Shown: in pieces, positions 20,096 to 29,692 of the stretch
Layout: each line of letters begins with the position of its first letter
Numbering within the stretch: position 1 is the stretch's first letter
From: an uncultured Spirochaetota bacterium
GTDB lineage: Bacteria > Spirochaetota > Spirochaetia > SZUA-6 > CAVTHK01
Direction: 5' to 3'
Assembly (NCBI GenBank): GCA_963734495.1
Contig: CAVTHK010000001.1
Span: forward strand, 768,001-832,000
DNA length: 64,000 nucleotides
The notes under the pieces: generated by a model
The model's input: the letters and a program-made list of their open reading frames with translations, nothing else
The model's database searches: none
Told to the model about the DNA's origin: nothing
Program-made: the position numbers and the translations under genes

Positions 20096-20761
20096 TCACG
20101 GCAGCTTCATCGCGAGCAGGACGCCGTCGCCGACCTGCAGCAGGCTCGACGCGACCCGCGGGTCGCGGCTCGCAAACGCGTTCAGCTCGCGGATCGCCTG
20201 CGTGTCCCTGTCGCGCGCCCGCGAATCCGCGACCTTCCCTTCCCAGAGCATGTTGTCGAAGATCGCGAGGCCTCCCGGCCGCAGGAGCTCGAGGCAGCGC
20301 TCGTAGTACCCGCGGTAACCGGTCTTGTCCGCGTCGACGAACGCGAAGTCGTAGCTCCCCTTCTCCCCGTCGCCGCTCATGCGCTCGAGCGTCTTGGCCG
20401 CCGGGCCGAGCCGCAGCTCGACCTTGCGCGCGACTCCCGCCTTTTCCCAGTAGCGCCGCGCGACCGACGTCCACTCCTCGCTCATGTCGCAGCAGACCAG
20501 CTTGCCGTCGGGCGGCAGCGCGAGCGCGACGGTCAGCGAGCTGTAGCCCGTGAAGGTTCCGATCTCCAGTGCCCGCCGCGCGTCCATCAGCCTCACGAGC
20601 AGCCCCATGAGCTGCCCCTGCTCCGGCGAGATCTGGCATTCGGCGTCGGGCAGGCGCGCGGTCTCTTCGCGCAGCTCCGCGAGCAGCGGGTGCTCTCGCA
20701 GCGAGACCTCGCAGAGATAGCTCCACAGGCGGTCGTCGATGGGCGTGGGTCGCGTGGACAT
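20096..20761 (-). CDS. SAM-dependent O-methyltransferase (CCoAOMT/Methyltransf_3 family)
   Basis: LEIGTFTGYS, FVDADK, DNMLWEG. Confidence 0.93.
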   Translation of the reverse strand: MSTRPTPIDDRLWSYLCEVSLREHPLLAELREETARLPDAECQISPEQGQLMGLLVRLMDARRALEIGTFTGYSSLTVALALPPDGKLVCCDMSEEWTSVARRYWEKAGVARKVELRLGPAAKTLERMSGDGEKGSYDFAFVDADKTGYRGYYERCLELLRPGGLAIFDNMLWEGKVADSRARDRDTQAIRELNAFASRDPRVASSLLQVGDGVLLAMKLP

Positions 20762-20806
20762 GGATCGGGCCTCCCGCTCAAAGATAAGGAGCGGGCCGGT
20801 GCCCGA

Positions 20807-21445
20807 CTACAGGATCGGACCTTTGAAAATGAAGAAGGCCGCCGCCGTCAATCCGGCCGTGGCAGCCGCCAGCGCGGCCCCGGCGGGCGACACGCGCCAG
20901 GGCGAGCCGCCGGCCGGCGCGGCCGCCGCTTCGGGCTCGTTCCGCTCGGAGGACGCGCTTTCGAGGATCGCGTCGATGTCTTCCCAGACGTGGGCGCGGC
21001 GGATGCGCCGCCGCTCCGCCGAGAGACGCTCGAAGTAGTAGAAGCTGCGGGCGAGGAAGACCCCGAAGCGGCCGGGGAGCGCGAGGTCGCGCGAGACCGT
21101 GAACAGCGAGATGAGCACCAGCCCCGTCACGGTGATTCCCTTGGACAGTCCGGTCACGAGCGCGCCCTCGGTGATCCGCAGGGGCCCGAACGCCGCGAGG
21201 ACCCGGCCCCAGGGCGAGAGCAGGTTGAACGCCGCGATCGAGAGCGTCAGAAAGGCGAAGTAGGCCCAGCTGATGCGCTTGCCCGCCGCGGTGCCGAGGA
21301 TGCCGAAGAGCACGAGCTCCGCGGCCTTGGGCACGAGTGCGCGCTGGGGGAGGAACAGCAGCAGCAGGAGCGTGCCCCACGCAAAGCGCGCGGTGGGGCC
21401 GAAGAGGCCCGCCAGCCGGTCAGGCCGCAAGGCGCGCGCACACAC
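20807..21445 (-). CDS. Hypothetical multi-TM protein, ECF T-component-like; start uncertain (21430-21445)
   Basis: Several TM helices; FNLL.PWGRVL...GPLRIT.GAL..G resembles EcfT/CbiQ N-terminal halves; overlaps the Gx gene stop. Confidence 0.55.
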   Translation of the reverse strand: MCARALRPDRLAGLFGPTARFAWGTLLLLLFLPQRALVPKAAELVLFGILGTAAGKRISWAYFAFLTLSIAAFNLLSPWGRVLAAFGPLRITEGALVTGLSKGITVTGLVLISLFTVSRDLALPGRFGVFLARSFYYFERLSAERRRIRRAHVWEDIDAILESASSERNEPEAAAAPAGGSPWRVSPAGAALAAATAGLTAAAFFIFKGPIL

Positions 21446-21941
21446 CCTGATACCACTGGGAGCGTTCGGCGAACACCGCGGCAAAGAGCCCCATCGCCAG
21501 GCCGCTGAGCGCGCCCAGTCCGAGGAAGAGCGGCGCGATGACGGTCGCATTGCGGCCGAAGATCAGCAGGATCGACAGCGTCACCTGGACTCCGTTGCTC
21601 GCGAGCGATCCGAGGAGGCTCACGCCGACCAGCGAGATCCGCCGGCCGCCCCACCGGCGGGCGAGCACCATGACGGCGGTGCTGGCCACCGAGCCGGCCA
21701 GCGAAAAGAGAAAGACGTAGGAGGCGAAGGTCCCGTTCAACAGGCCCTGGCCGAAGACCTTGACCGCGGTGATGAGGGCCACGGAGCGCACGGGCAGGAG
21801 GTCGAGAGCGAGCAGGATGGGCAGGTTGGCCAGCCCGAGCCGCAGGAACGGCACGGGCCGGGGGAAGAGGTACTCGATCGTCGCGAAGAACAGGCACAGG
21901 GCGCCGAAGAAGGCGGCCGTCTCCTGCTGCTCAGTACGCAA
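21420..21941 (-). CDS. Gx transporter family protein (heptaprenyl diphosphate synthase component I-like)
   Basis: IE..FP.PVPFLRLGLANL, S.AGS, ISLVGVS..G...SN..Q. Confidence 0.85.
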   Translation of the reverse strand: MRTEQQETAAFFGALCLFFATIEYLFPRPVPFLRLGLANLPILLALDLLPVRSVALITAVKVFGQGLLNGTFASYVFLFSLAGSVASTAVMVLARRWGGRRISLVGVSLLGSLASNGVQVTLSILLIFGRNATVIAPLFLGLGALSGLAMGLFAAVFAERSQWYQGVCARLAA

Positions 21942-22305
21942 CCTTGTCCACCTCTCCGCCTTCTCTTCCTTCGACTCTGACGAAGACCCGGTTGGGCAGG
22001 CAGGCGACCCACGTGCCGGGACGGCCGATGTGCCCCATCGAGATGCAGATCTTGTTCGTGCACGGCGAATCGCTGACCCAGGCGCTGCCGCCGTGGACCT
22101 GCACGTGCGTCGCCCCGAGCGGTCCCGGCACGTCGACCTCGACGTCGGCGTCGAGCGGATAGGCCCAGGACGCGCCCTGGCCTTCGATCACCACCACCGG
22201 TTCCCGGCCGCTGCCTGCCGCGGTGAGGACGAGCGCGAGCACGAAGACTGCGAGGGAGAGGGCGGCGGCGGCCCAGTCAAGGGGCCTGAGCCCTGCGAGA
22301 CGCAC
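21931..22305 (-). CDS. NusG domain II-containing protein
   Basis: N-terminal TM; GPLG.T, SPC.NKIC..MG.I.......ACLPNRV; GTG 22305 lies 6 nt after a -10-like box. Confidence 0.88.
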   Translation of the reverse strand: MRLAGLRPLDWAAAALSLAVFVLALVLTAAGSGREPVVVIEGQGASWAYPLDADVEVDVPGPLGATHVQVHGGSAWVSDSPCTNKICISMGHIGRPGTWVACLPNRVFVRVEGREGGEVDKVAY

Positions 22306-22407
22306 GACGGCAATCTGTTCCGTCGCCGCCGGTGATGTCAAGCGCTGCCCCGGCGCCGTTTCCAATCATTATACTAGCAGCGAAACCGGAGCAGAGGAGG
22401 TTGAGCC

Positions 22408-22809
22408 ATGGCGGTGACTGCAGCCAAAGCGGTCCAGTTCGAGTTCACGTTTCCCGACCGGGCGGGCCTGCTCGCCGAGGTGAGCGCGGCGCTCTCGGCG
22501 GCCAAGGTCAACATCCTTTCGATCTGCGCGTACTCGATGCAGGGCACCGCGCAGTTCATGCTGACCGCCGACTCGCCGGCAAAGGCGCGCAAGGCGCTCG
22601 CCGGCATGGGGGCCGCCGCAAAGGAGACGCCGGTGCTCGCGGTCACCCTGTCCAACAAGCCCGGCGAGCTGGGCAAGGCGGCACGGAAGCTGGCGGACGC
22701 GGGCGTGAGCATCCAGGAGATGTACGGCTCGACGTCCAGCGGGACAAAGGCCTGCTGCATCTTCAAGCTGGCCGACCTGGCAAAGGCGGCCCGCCTGCTC
22801 GCGAAGTGA
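22408..22809 (+). CDS. Tandem ACT domain protein
   Basis: DRAGLLAEV..AL..AKVNI and NKPGELG..A..LADAGVSI; GAGGAGG RBS. Confidence 0.88.
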   Translation: MAVTAAKAVQFEFTFPDRAGLLAEVSAALSAAKVNILSICAYSMQGTAQFMLTADSPAKARKALAGMGAAAKETPVLAVTLSNKPGELGKAARKLADAGVSIQEMYGSTSSGTKACCIFKLADLAKAARLLAK

Positions 22810-22834
22810 CGCCGCGGCTCCCGCGGGCGGCGGC

Positions 22835-23416
22835 GTGATCACCTGCGTGACCCTCTGCGTGCACCACCGCTATCGCGTGCGCCACGACGCCAGGGTCTGC
22901 TTCGAGCCCGCGGTCAACGCGATCGTCGGCCCCAACGGGACCGGCAAGAGCACGATCCTGCGCGCCCTGCGCCACTGCCCGCACTGCGCGATCGAGACCG
23001 ACCGCGAGACCCGCCGGGTGCTCGTGGATTCGCGCTCCGATCCCCAGTCGTCGCGGTTCCGGAGGCGCGGGTACGCCGACGTGGTGCTCGACACGAGGGG
23101 GATGTTCTCCTCGCACGGCGAGATCATCAGGGACGTGCTGTCCACCACCCCGTTCGACCGGGGCGACACTCTTCTGCTCGATGAGCCGGACTCGGGCCAG
23201 GATTTCGTGTGGATCGAGCGGATGGCGGACTGGCTTTCGGAGATCTCCCAACGGCTGGCCCTTCAGGTCATCATGGCGACCCACCACCCCGTGCTGTGGC
23301 GCGGCGCGCACTTGATCGAGCTCGTCCCGCAGTACGGCGAGCAGGTGCGCAGCCGCTTCCGCGACGCGCTGTCCGGGCCGCCCGGCCCGGGCGAGGGCAG
23401 CGGTCCCCGCGCCTAA
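22835..23416 (+). CDS. Small stand-alone ABC/AAA-type ATPase
   Basis: Walker A GPNGTGKST, signature-like SHGE, Walker B LLLDEP, H-loop ATHH. Confidence 0.82.
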   Translation: MITCVTLCVHHRYRVRHDARVCFEPAVNAIVGPNGTGKSTILRALRHCPHCAIETDRETRRVLVDSRSDPQSSRFRRRGYADVVLDTRGMFSSHGEIIRDVLSTTPFDRGDTLLLDEPDSGQDFVWIERMADWLSEISQRLALQVIMATHHPVLWRGAHLIELVPQYGEQVRSRFRDALSGPPGPGEGSGPRA

Positions 23417-24159
23417 CGAGAAGACAGCGTCGACGCCCCTGAGAGCTCGACGCGGCCCATCGAAGGCCTGCCGAGGTAGAAGACCCGGGAAGCGCCGCTC
23501 GCACTGACGTCGAGCATCCCGTCCGGCCGCACGATCGCCGTGCTTGCTCCGCTCAGGGCCGCGACCGTGTGCTTCGTCGCGAAGTCCGTGAAATCGACCT
23601 TGCTCGCACCCGAGGCCTCGATGCGGGCATCGGCGCCCGCGCCCCTCAGCGTCACACGGCTGGCGCCTGAGAGCCTCGCCTGCAGTTCCGCGGCGTCGAT
23701 GTCGCCCGTGACCGAGCTCGCGCCCGAAAGCTCGGCGCGAAAGGCGCCGCCGGAGCGGAACCCCGAGACGGTCGCCGCGACTGCGCCGCTCAGCTCGAGG
23801 GCCGCGAGCGCGGGCATCGTGACCGCGACGCGGGGGCGCCGGGTGCTGACATCGTACAGGCGGCCGGCCTGGAGACCGATGCGGAGCGTCGATCCGCTCT
23901 TGCGGGCCACCAGGCCCGGGACGAAGGCTTCGTCGATCTCCACCGTCACGCGGTAGCCGTCGCCGCGGCGGATCTCCGCCTGGAAGCCGTGACTGATCTC
24001 CAACTCATCGAAGCCCGAGATGTCGATCTCACGCGTAACGGTCTTCCCGCTCCCGAACACGCTCTCCCGCCAGCCGCTCGCCGCGGCCGGAGCCGGCGCG
24101 CAGAGCCAGGCGACCGCTGCCGCCGACAATGCTCCCGCGAGACGATACCCGCCTTTCAT
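23413..24159 (-). CDS. Head GIN domain (DUF2807) putative adhesin-like protein
   Basis: Signal peptide, GSGK.VTRE, repeated (L/A)SGAS beta-solenoid units. Confidence 0.88.
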   Translation of the reverse strand: MKGGYRLAGALSAAAVAWLCAPAPAAASGWRESVFGSGKTVTREIDISGFDELEISHGFQAEIRRGDGYRVTVEIDEAFVPGLVARKSGSTLRIGLQAGRLYDVSTRRPRVAVTMPALAALELSGAVAATVSGFRSGGAFRAELSGASSVTGDIDAAELQARLSGASRVTLRGAGADARIEASGASKVDFTDFATKHTVAALSGASTAIVRPDGMLDVSASGASRVFYLGRPSMGRVELSGASTLSSR

Positions 24160-24228
24160 GCCCCTCTCCTCTTCCATCGCATCACTGCAACACCGTCGGC
24201 TGGCAGGAGAGTCACCGTGGGGCTGGGA

Positions 24229-24426
24229 TCACGCCCCGGTCTGCGGCCCTTTCGACTGCGGCTTTCCGCCCTGGTACCGGTACTGCAGCTCCTCGCTCCT
24301 GCCGTGCTGGCTCAGGGCATTGCGCTTTTCCAGGTACCCGATCACCAGGGCGGTGATGGCGATGGCCGTGAACGCAAAGACGAGGATCCCGAAGATGATC
24401 ACCGCGGCCAGAGGGGGTCCGATCAC
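24229..24426 (-). CDS. Small single-TM hypothetical protein
   Basis: GAGGA RBS before GTG; hydrophobic stretch; coding-like codons. Confidence 0.55.
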   Translation of the reverse strand: MIGPPLAAVIIFGILVFAFTAIAITALVIGYLEKRNALSQHGRSEELQYRYQGGKPQSKGPQTGA

Positions 24427-24512
24427 GCGATGTTCCTCGCCCCAATTGTCGGGACGCAGGCCCATAACTTTGAACCCCGCCGCCGCGGCCGCGGCGGCCG
24501 TCGCTTCCGCCC

Positions 24513-25610
24513 TCAGTCCGGCGGAAGGAGCCGGATCCGGCTCGGCTCGAAGCCGATGGCGACCGGGCTGCCTTCGGGGAACACGCGCTTGGAGGCGGGG
24601 TCGTCGATCTGGACGAGGACCTCCCCGTAGGGGGTGTCCACGAAGGCTTCGATGCTGCTGCCGAGGTAGACGTTCATCCGAAGCGTCCCATCGATCATGC
24701 CCGAGCCGCGCTCGACGAGCCTGAGCGACTCGGGCCGCGCCATGATCACCGCGGGCGACCCCGCCCTGATGCCCTCGGCCGCCCGCTCGACGCGGAGCGG
24801 CCTGGTGTTCAGCCTGCAGTCCCAGGCGCCGGCGCCGCCGCCCGCGACCTCCACGGGAAAGAAGGCCACCTTGCCGACGAAGCCCGCGACGAACCGGGAC
24901 ACGGGGTTTTCGTAGACTTCCGAAGGGGTGCCGATCTGCCTGATCTCGCCTTCCTTCATCACGATCACCCTGTCCGAGAGGCTCATGGCTTCGACGCGGT
25001 CGTGGGTGACGTAGATGGCAGTGATTCCCAGCGATTTCTGGATTCTCCTGATCTCGACCCGCATCTGCTCGCGCAGGAGCGCGTCGAGGTTCGAAAGCGG
25101 CTCGTCCAGGAGGAGCACGGACGGCTCGACGATGAGGCTGCGGGCGAGGGCCACGCGCTGCTGCTGCCCTCCGGAGAGCCTCCCGGGCGACCGGTCGGCC
25201 AGGTCGGAGAGCCCGACGAGCGCCAGGGTTTCCTTGACCCTGCGGTCGATTTCGTTCCTGGCGATCTTCCGCACCTTGAGGCCGTACGCCACGTTGTCGG
25301 CCACGTTCATGTGCGGAAACAGGCCGTAGCTTTGAAAAACCGTGGCCGTGTCGCGCTTGTTGGGCGGCAGCATGGTCACGTCCTCGCTTCCGATCAGAAT
25401 GCGCCCCTCGGTGGGCAGGTCGAAGCCGGCGACCATCCGCAGCGTCGTCGTCTTCCCGCAGCCGGAGGGGCCGAGCAGCGTGACAAGCTCGCCGGGGGAG
25501 ACGGAGAAATCCGAGTCCCGCACGGCCACCACGTCGGCCTTCCCTTTTGTGTTCTTGAAACGCTTGGTCACGCCCTCGACGCTGACCGATACGCTGCGAT
25601 CCGCCATCAC
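24513..25610 (-). CDS. ABC transporter ATP-binding protein (FbpC/PotA family, TOBE domain)
   Basis: [39 protein letters not shown]. Confidence 0.95.
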   Translation of the reverse strand: MMADRSVSVSVEGVTKRFKNTKGKADVVAVRDSDFSVSPGELVTLLGPSGCGKTTTLRMVAGFDLPTEGRILIGSEDVTMLPPNKRDTATVFQSYGLFPHMNVADNVAYGLKVRKIARNEIDRRVKETLALVGLSDLADRSPGRLSGGQQQRVALARSLIVEPSVLLLDEPLSNLDALLREQMRVEIRRIQKSLGITAIYVTHDRVEAMSLSDRVIVMKEGEIRQIGTPSEVYENPVSRFVAGFVGKVAFFPVEVAGGGAGAWDCRLNTRPLRVERAAEGIRAGSPAVIMARPESLRLVERGSGMIDGTLRMNVYLGSSIEAFVDTPYGEVLVQIDDPASKRVFPEGSPVAIGFEPSRIRLLPPD

Positions 25611-25617
25611 TCGAACC

Positions 25618-27798
25618 TCACTGGCCGACCGTCTTCTCGGTCAGCCCTTCGTCGCGAACCACGAGCCGCATGAGACCGAACGCCGCCAGCACGATCAGGA
25701 TGAGAGCCGTTGCGAGAACGCTGGCGAGGCCGAATCGCAGGAGCTCGGAGAAGTTGTAGATCTGGACCGTCAGGTGGTACCAGCGCGCGGAGATCAGGAA
25801 GATGATGGCGCTCACGGCGGTCATCGAGCGGACGAACGTGTAGGACATGCTGGAGATGAAGGCCGGCCTGATCAGCGGGAGGACGATGGTGCGGAAGACC
25901 GTAGGCGAGTCCGCGCCGAGGTCCTGGGCGGCCTCCTCGATCGACGGGTCGATCTGCCGCAGCGAAACCGCTCCAGTCTCGAGGCCGACCGGAAGCTCCC
26001 TGATCACGTAGTTGATCACGATGATCGCCGCGGTCCCGACGAGCAGGAGCGGAGGCCTGTTGAACGCCAGGATGTAGCTGATGCCGATCAGGGTCCCCGG
26101 CACGGCGAAGGGCGTGATCATCAGCGCTTCGAGCAGACGCTTTCCGAAAAAGGTCCTGCGGACCACGACCAGCGCCGCGATCATCGCGAGGATCCCGGCG
26201 ATCGGCGTGGCGACGGCCGCGAGCGTCACCGTGTCCGCGATGGCCTTGGCGCCCCGGCTCAGGGCTTCGCCGATGTTTTCGAGGGTGAAGCTGTAATCGA
26301 TCCCCCAGTTCTTCACGAAGCAGCCGGCGGCAATCGTCCCGTAGAGCGCAACGATGAAGAGGATGCAGAGCCCGACAAACACGGCAAGGGCGGCTCGAAC
26401 CGGGCCGGAGGCGAGCTCCGTGAGCCTGGTCGACGGCTTGCCCGTGACCGTGACGAAGCTCTTCCTGCTGACCCAGTAACGCTGGGCGAAGAACGCGGTG
26501 AGCGTCGGCAGAAGCAGGAGGAGGGAGAGGGCGGCCCCCCCGCCGAGGTTGTTGCGCCCCGTGACCTCCATGTAGGCCTCTGTGGACAGGACACGGTACG
26601 AGCCGGAGAGGAGCAGCGGGTTGGCGAAATCCGCGAGCGAGTTGGTGAACACCAGCAGCCACGCCGAGAGGATGCCGGGCATGGCCAGCGGAAGCGTGAT
26701 GGTCATGAAGGTGCGCAGCCGCGAGGCGCACAGGTCGAGGGCCGCGTCCTCCACCGTCGAATCGATCGCCTTGAGCACGCTGGAAAGCGTGAGGTAGGCG
26801 ATGGGGAACATGCCGATGGTCTGCACGATCACGAGGCCGTTGAGGCCGTAGATCGAAAAATGCTCGAGGCCCAGGAGCCTTCTCGTGATGAGACCGTTGT
26901 TTCCGAAGAGGAGGATGATGCTCAGGGTCAGGGAAAAGGGCGGCGAGATGACCGGAAGCGTCGCCATGGTGCCGATGACCTTCTTGCCGCCCACCGATGT
27001 GCGCTCGGTCAGGAAGGCGAACAGGAACCCCACGATGGTGGAGAAGGTCGCGGTGAGCAGGCCCAGGCGCACCGAGCCCCAGAGGGCGGCGAGGTAGTTT
27101 GCCGACAGGACCGTCTTCCAGACGTCGAGCGAGAGCGCTCCGTTCGCGATGAACGTGAGGCGCACCGATTCGAGCATGGGGTAGGCCACGAAGACGATGA
27201 CGACCACGAAGAGGCCAAGGATGGCGAACCCCATGAAGGGGTCGCGGGCGAAAGCGAGGACGGCATAGATCGCCAGGAAGAGCACCGCGGCGACGACAGC
27301 GAGGCCCGCGACAAGACGCTCCATGTCGGCTCCGGCCGAGCCCGAGGAAAGGATGACGAGGGCGCCCCTGGACGACGAGCCGCTCTCGTCCGGAACCGGA
27401 GCGAAATAGACCCTGCCGCTCGTCGCGGGGCGCTTCCCCGCGGCCGGGAGCGAGTAACTGCCCCTGGAAATGAAGGGCTCGAAATACTGGACGCTCTCGA
27501 GCCCTTTCTTGAAGTCCGCGGTCTCGGCGTTCTTCTCGGCAAGCGCCGCGAGGGCCGGCTCGCCGCTCGCGGCGAGATAGGCCCCGCTCGCGGGGTCGAT
27601 GGGGAGATACAGCGCGAGGGAGCCGGGCAGGAACTGGTCCGTCGTCCTGAGCCAGTCGGCGATCAGGGGGGGATCGACGGGCGCGGTCCTGGCGAAGAGA
27701 CCGATCTCCCTGAAGCGGGTCTCCGCCATGATGGACCGGAACTTGTCGCGGATGGACGAGAATATCCAGAAGTCCGCGATCAGAAAGGCGGCCGCCAC
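25618..27798 (-). CDS. FbpB/AfuB-type ABC permease with extra N-terminal extracytoplasmic domain (start possibly CTG at 27837)
   Basis: Two EAA loops (EDAALDLCAS; EEAAQDLGA), DFANP; about 160-aa N-terminal extension. Confidence 0.9.
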   Translation of the reverse strand: MAAAFLIADFWIFSSIRDKFRSIMAETRFREIGLFARTAPVDPPLIADWLRTTDQFLPGSLALYLPIDPASGAYLAASGEPALAALAEKNAETADFKKGLESVQYFEPFISRGSYSLPAAGKRPATSGRVYFAPVPDESGSSSRGALVILSSGSAGADMERLVAGLAVVAAVLFLAIYAVLAFARDPFMGFAILGLFVVVIVFVAYPMLESVRLTFIANGALSLDVWKTVLSANYLAALWGSVRLGLLTATFSTIVGFLFAFLTERTSVGGKKVIGTMATLPVISPPFSLTLSIILLFGNNGLITRRLLGLEHFSIYGLNGLVIVQTIGMFPIAYLTLSSVLKAIDSTVEDAALDLCASRLRTFMTITLPLAMPGILSAWLLVFTNSLADFANPLLLSGSYRVLSTEAYMEVTGRNNLGGGAALSLLLLLPTLTAFFAQRYWVSRKSFVTVTGKPSTRLTELASGPVRAALAVFVGLCILFIVALYGTIAAGCFVKNWGIDYSFTLENIGEALSRGAKAIADTVTLAAVATPIAGILAMIAALVVVRRTFFGKRLLEALMITPFAVPGTLIGISYILAFNRPPLLLVGTAAIIVINYVIRELPVGLETGAVSLRQIDPSIEEAAQDLGADSPTVFRTIVLPLIRPAFISSMSYTFVRSMTAVSAIIFLISARWYHLTVQIYNFSELLRFGLASVLATALILIVLAAFGLMRLVVRDEGLTEKTVGQ

Positions 27799-27850
27799 GA
27801 TCAGCAGCCGCCTGATCTTTCGCCGCTGCAGGACCAGGGGCTCCTCCGGG

Positions 27851-28846
27851 CTACCTGCGGGAGCCTATTTCATCCGTCCAGCGCTTGACGAGCCGGTCCT
27901 TGTTGGCGCCGTCCCACTGCAGGTCCTGCTCCAGCGCGTTGACTGCGGACAGGGGCAGCGCCTTGGGGTGGCGGGGAGCACCCGGCGCGACCAGGAGCAC
28001 GAAGTACCGCGCGAAGATCTCCTGGCTCGACTTCCCGAGGATCCAGTCGTAGAGCTTCTTCGCGTTGACCGACTCCTTGCCTCCCTTGATCAACGACATG
28101 GAGGCCAGCTCGAAACCGGACCCCTCGGAGGGCGCCGTGATCGTCGCGTCAACTCCCTGGCTGAGCATCTTGACCTGGTCGTGCGCGTAGCCGATGCCGA
28201 TGGGGATCTCGCCGATGGCGACGCTCGCGGCGTATGCCGCGCCCGAGCGCGTGTACTGGTCCACGTTCACATCGAGCTTCTTGAGGTAGTCGAAGACCTT
28301 GTTCTCGTCGCCCTTGAAGACGTAGCGAAGGGTCGTGATGATGTTGTACGCGGTGCCCGACGTGCTGGGATTGGAGACGCGGATGTACCCCTTGTACTCG
28401 GGCTTGAGCAGGTCGGCCCAGCTCGTGGGCGGCTTCAGGCCGAGCTCCTTGGCCCTCTTGTTATTGGTGAAGAAGGTAAGCGGGCCGATGTAGAGGCCGA
28501 TCCAGTAGTTCTCCGGATCGCGGTACATCGCGGGAATGGTGTCCGCCACGCGCGACTTGTACGGCGTCGTGAGACCCTTGATCTTGCCGGTGATGTGATC
28601 GAGGCCGACTCCTCCCACCCAGATGGACGCGCGAGCATTCTCCTTTTCTGCCTCCATGCGCGCGATCGCTTCGCCGCCCGACAGGCGCACGAAGTTGACC
28701 TTGATGCCGGTCTCTTCCTGGAACTTCGCGAAGAGCTCCTTTGCCAGGGCCTCGTCGCACGAGGCATAGACGCTCACCGCCTCCTGGGCCCACAGGGCGG
28801 TCGCCGCCACGAGGCACAACGCCGCAACGAAAACGACGCGTTTCAT
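27851..28846 (-). CDS. ABC substrate-binding protein (AfuA/FbpA-like)
   Basis: Signal peptide; RLSGGE..AR...EK.N, P.SW.DLL.P.YKG, NP.TSGTAY; AAGGAGG RBS. Confidence 0.92.
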   Translation of the reverse strand: MKRVVFVAALCLVAATALWAQEAVSVYASCDEALAKELFAKFQEETGIKVNFVRLSGGEAIARMEAEKENARASIWVGGVGLDHITGKIKGLTTPYKSRVADTIPAMYRDPENYWIGLYIGPLTFFTNNKRAKELGLKPPTSWADLLKPEYKGYIRVSNPSTSGTAYNIITTLRYVFKGDENKVFDYLKKLDVNVDQYTRSGAAYAASVAIGEIPIGIGYAHDQVKMLSQGVDATITAPSEGSGFELASMSLIKGGKESVNAKKLYDWILGKSSQEIFARYFVLLVAPGAPRHPKALPLSAVNALEQDLQWDGANKDRLVKRWTDEIGSRR

Positions 28847-28956
28847 CGTGATCCTCCTTTTCAGGCTGCTATTCTCCCGCTTTTTCGAGGCACTTTCAAC
28901 CTGCGGCGGGGTGCACATGCGCGGGGCGCGTGCGCAAGGGGACCGTGGACCCCTCG

Positions 28957-29640
28957 TCAGCCCTGCGCCGCGAACGCCTCAGACAGACAGGACGCCACCG
29001 CGCGCAGGTTCGGGAACACGCGGTCCGCCAGGGCGACCGTCTCCGGGGAAGGCGCCTTGATGTCGGGGATCAGGAACGCCCGCATCTGGGCGTTCGTGGC
29101 GGCGAGAATTCCCATGTCGGAATCCTCGAGCACGAGGCATCGGGACGGGCTCACGCGCAGGCGTTCGGCGGCCAGCAGGAAGATGTCGGGAGCGGGCTTC
29201 CCGTGCTTCACTTCGTCGCCGCACACGACGACGTCGAACTGCTGTGAAAGCTGAGCCCCTGACAGAAGCGCTTCCGCCCGGGATCGTTCGGTGGAGGTCG
29301 CAACCGCTCTGAGCACCCCGCGGCCGGCGAGCACGTCGAGGAGCTCCGCCAGGCCATCCTTGACGGGCACCCCGTGCCGTTCGATCGCCTCCGCGGCATA
29401 GCGGAGGCGCAGCGGCCGCACTCGATCGTAGTCGAAGGACGGGCCGAGGACCTGCTCGAAGTACGCGCGGGCGCTCCTCACATCCCGCCCGACCGTCTCG
29501 ACGACTACCGACAGCGGGATCTCGCACCCGCAATCCGCCCCGGCGCGCATCCAGGCGTCGACGGCGATGCGCTCGGTGTCGAGCATGAGGCCGTCCATGT
29601 CGAAGATCACGGCCGAGAGGCCGCGCCCCGGTTGTCCCAT
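28957..29640 (-). CDS. HAD family phosphatase (beta-PGM/CbbY-like)
   Basis: FDMDGLMLDTE, VATST, GKPAPDIF, LEDS..G. Confidence 0.93.
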   Translation of the reverse strand: MGQPGRGLSAVIFDMDGLMLDTERIAVDAWMRAGADCGCEIPLSVVVETVGRDVRSARAYFEQVLGPSFDYDRVRPLRLRYAAEAIERHGVPVKDGLAELLDVLAGRGVLRAVATSTERSRAEALLSGAQLSQQFDVVVCGDEVKHGKPAPDIFLLAAERLRVSPSRCLVLEDSDMGILAATNAQMRAFLIPDIKAPSPETVALADRVFPNLRAVASCLSEAFAAQG

Positions 29641-29692
29641 GGCGGGCAACCTAACGGGGGATGCGGCGGCAGTCAACCGCCGCGCAAAGTCC

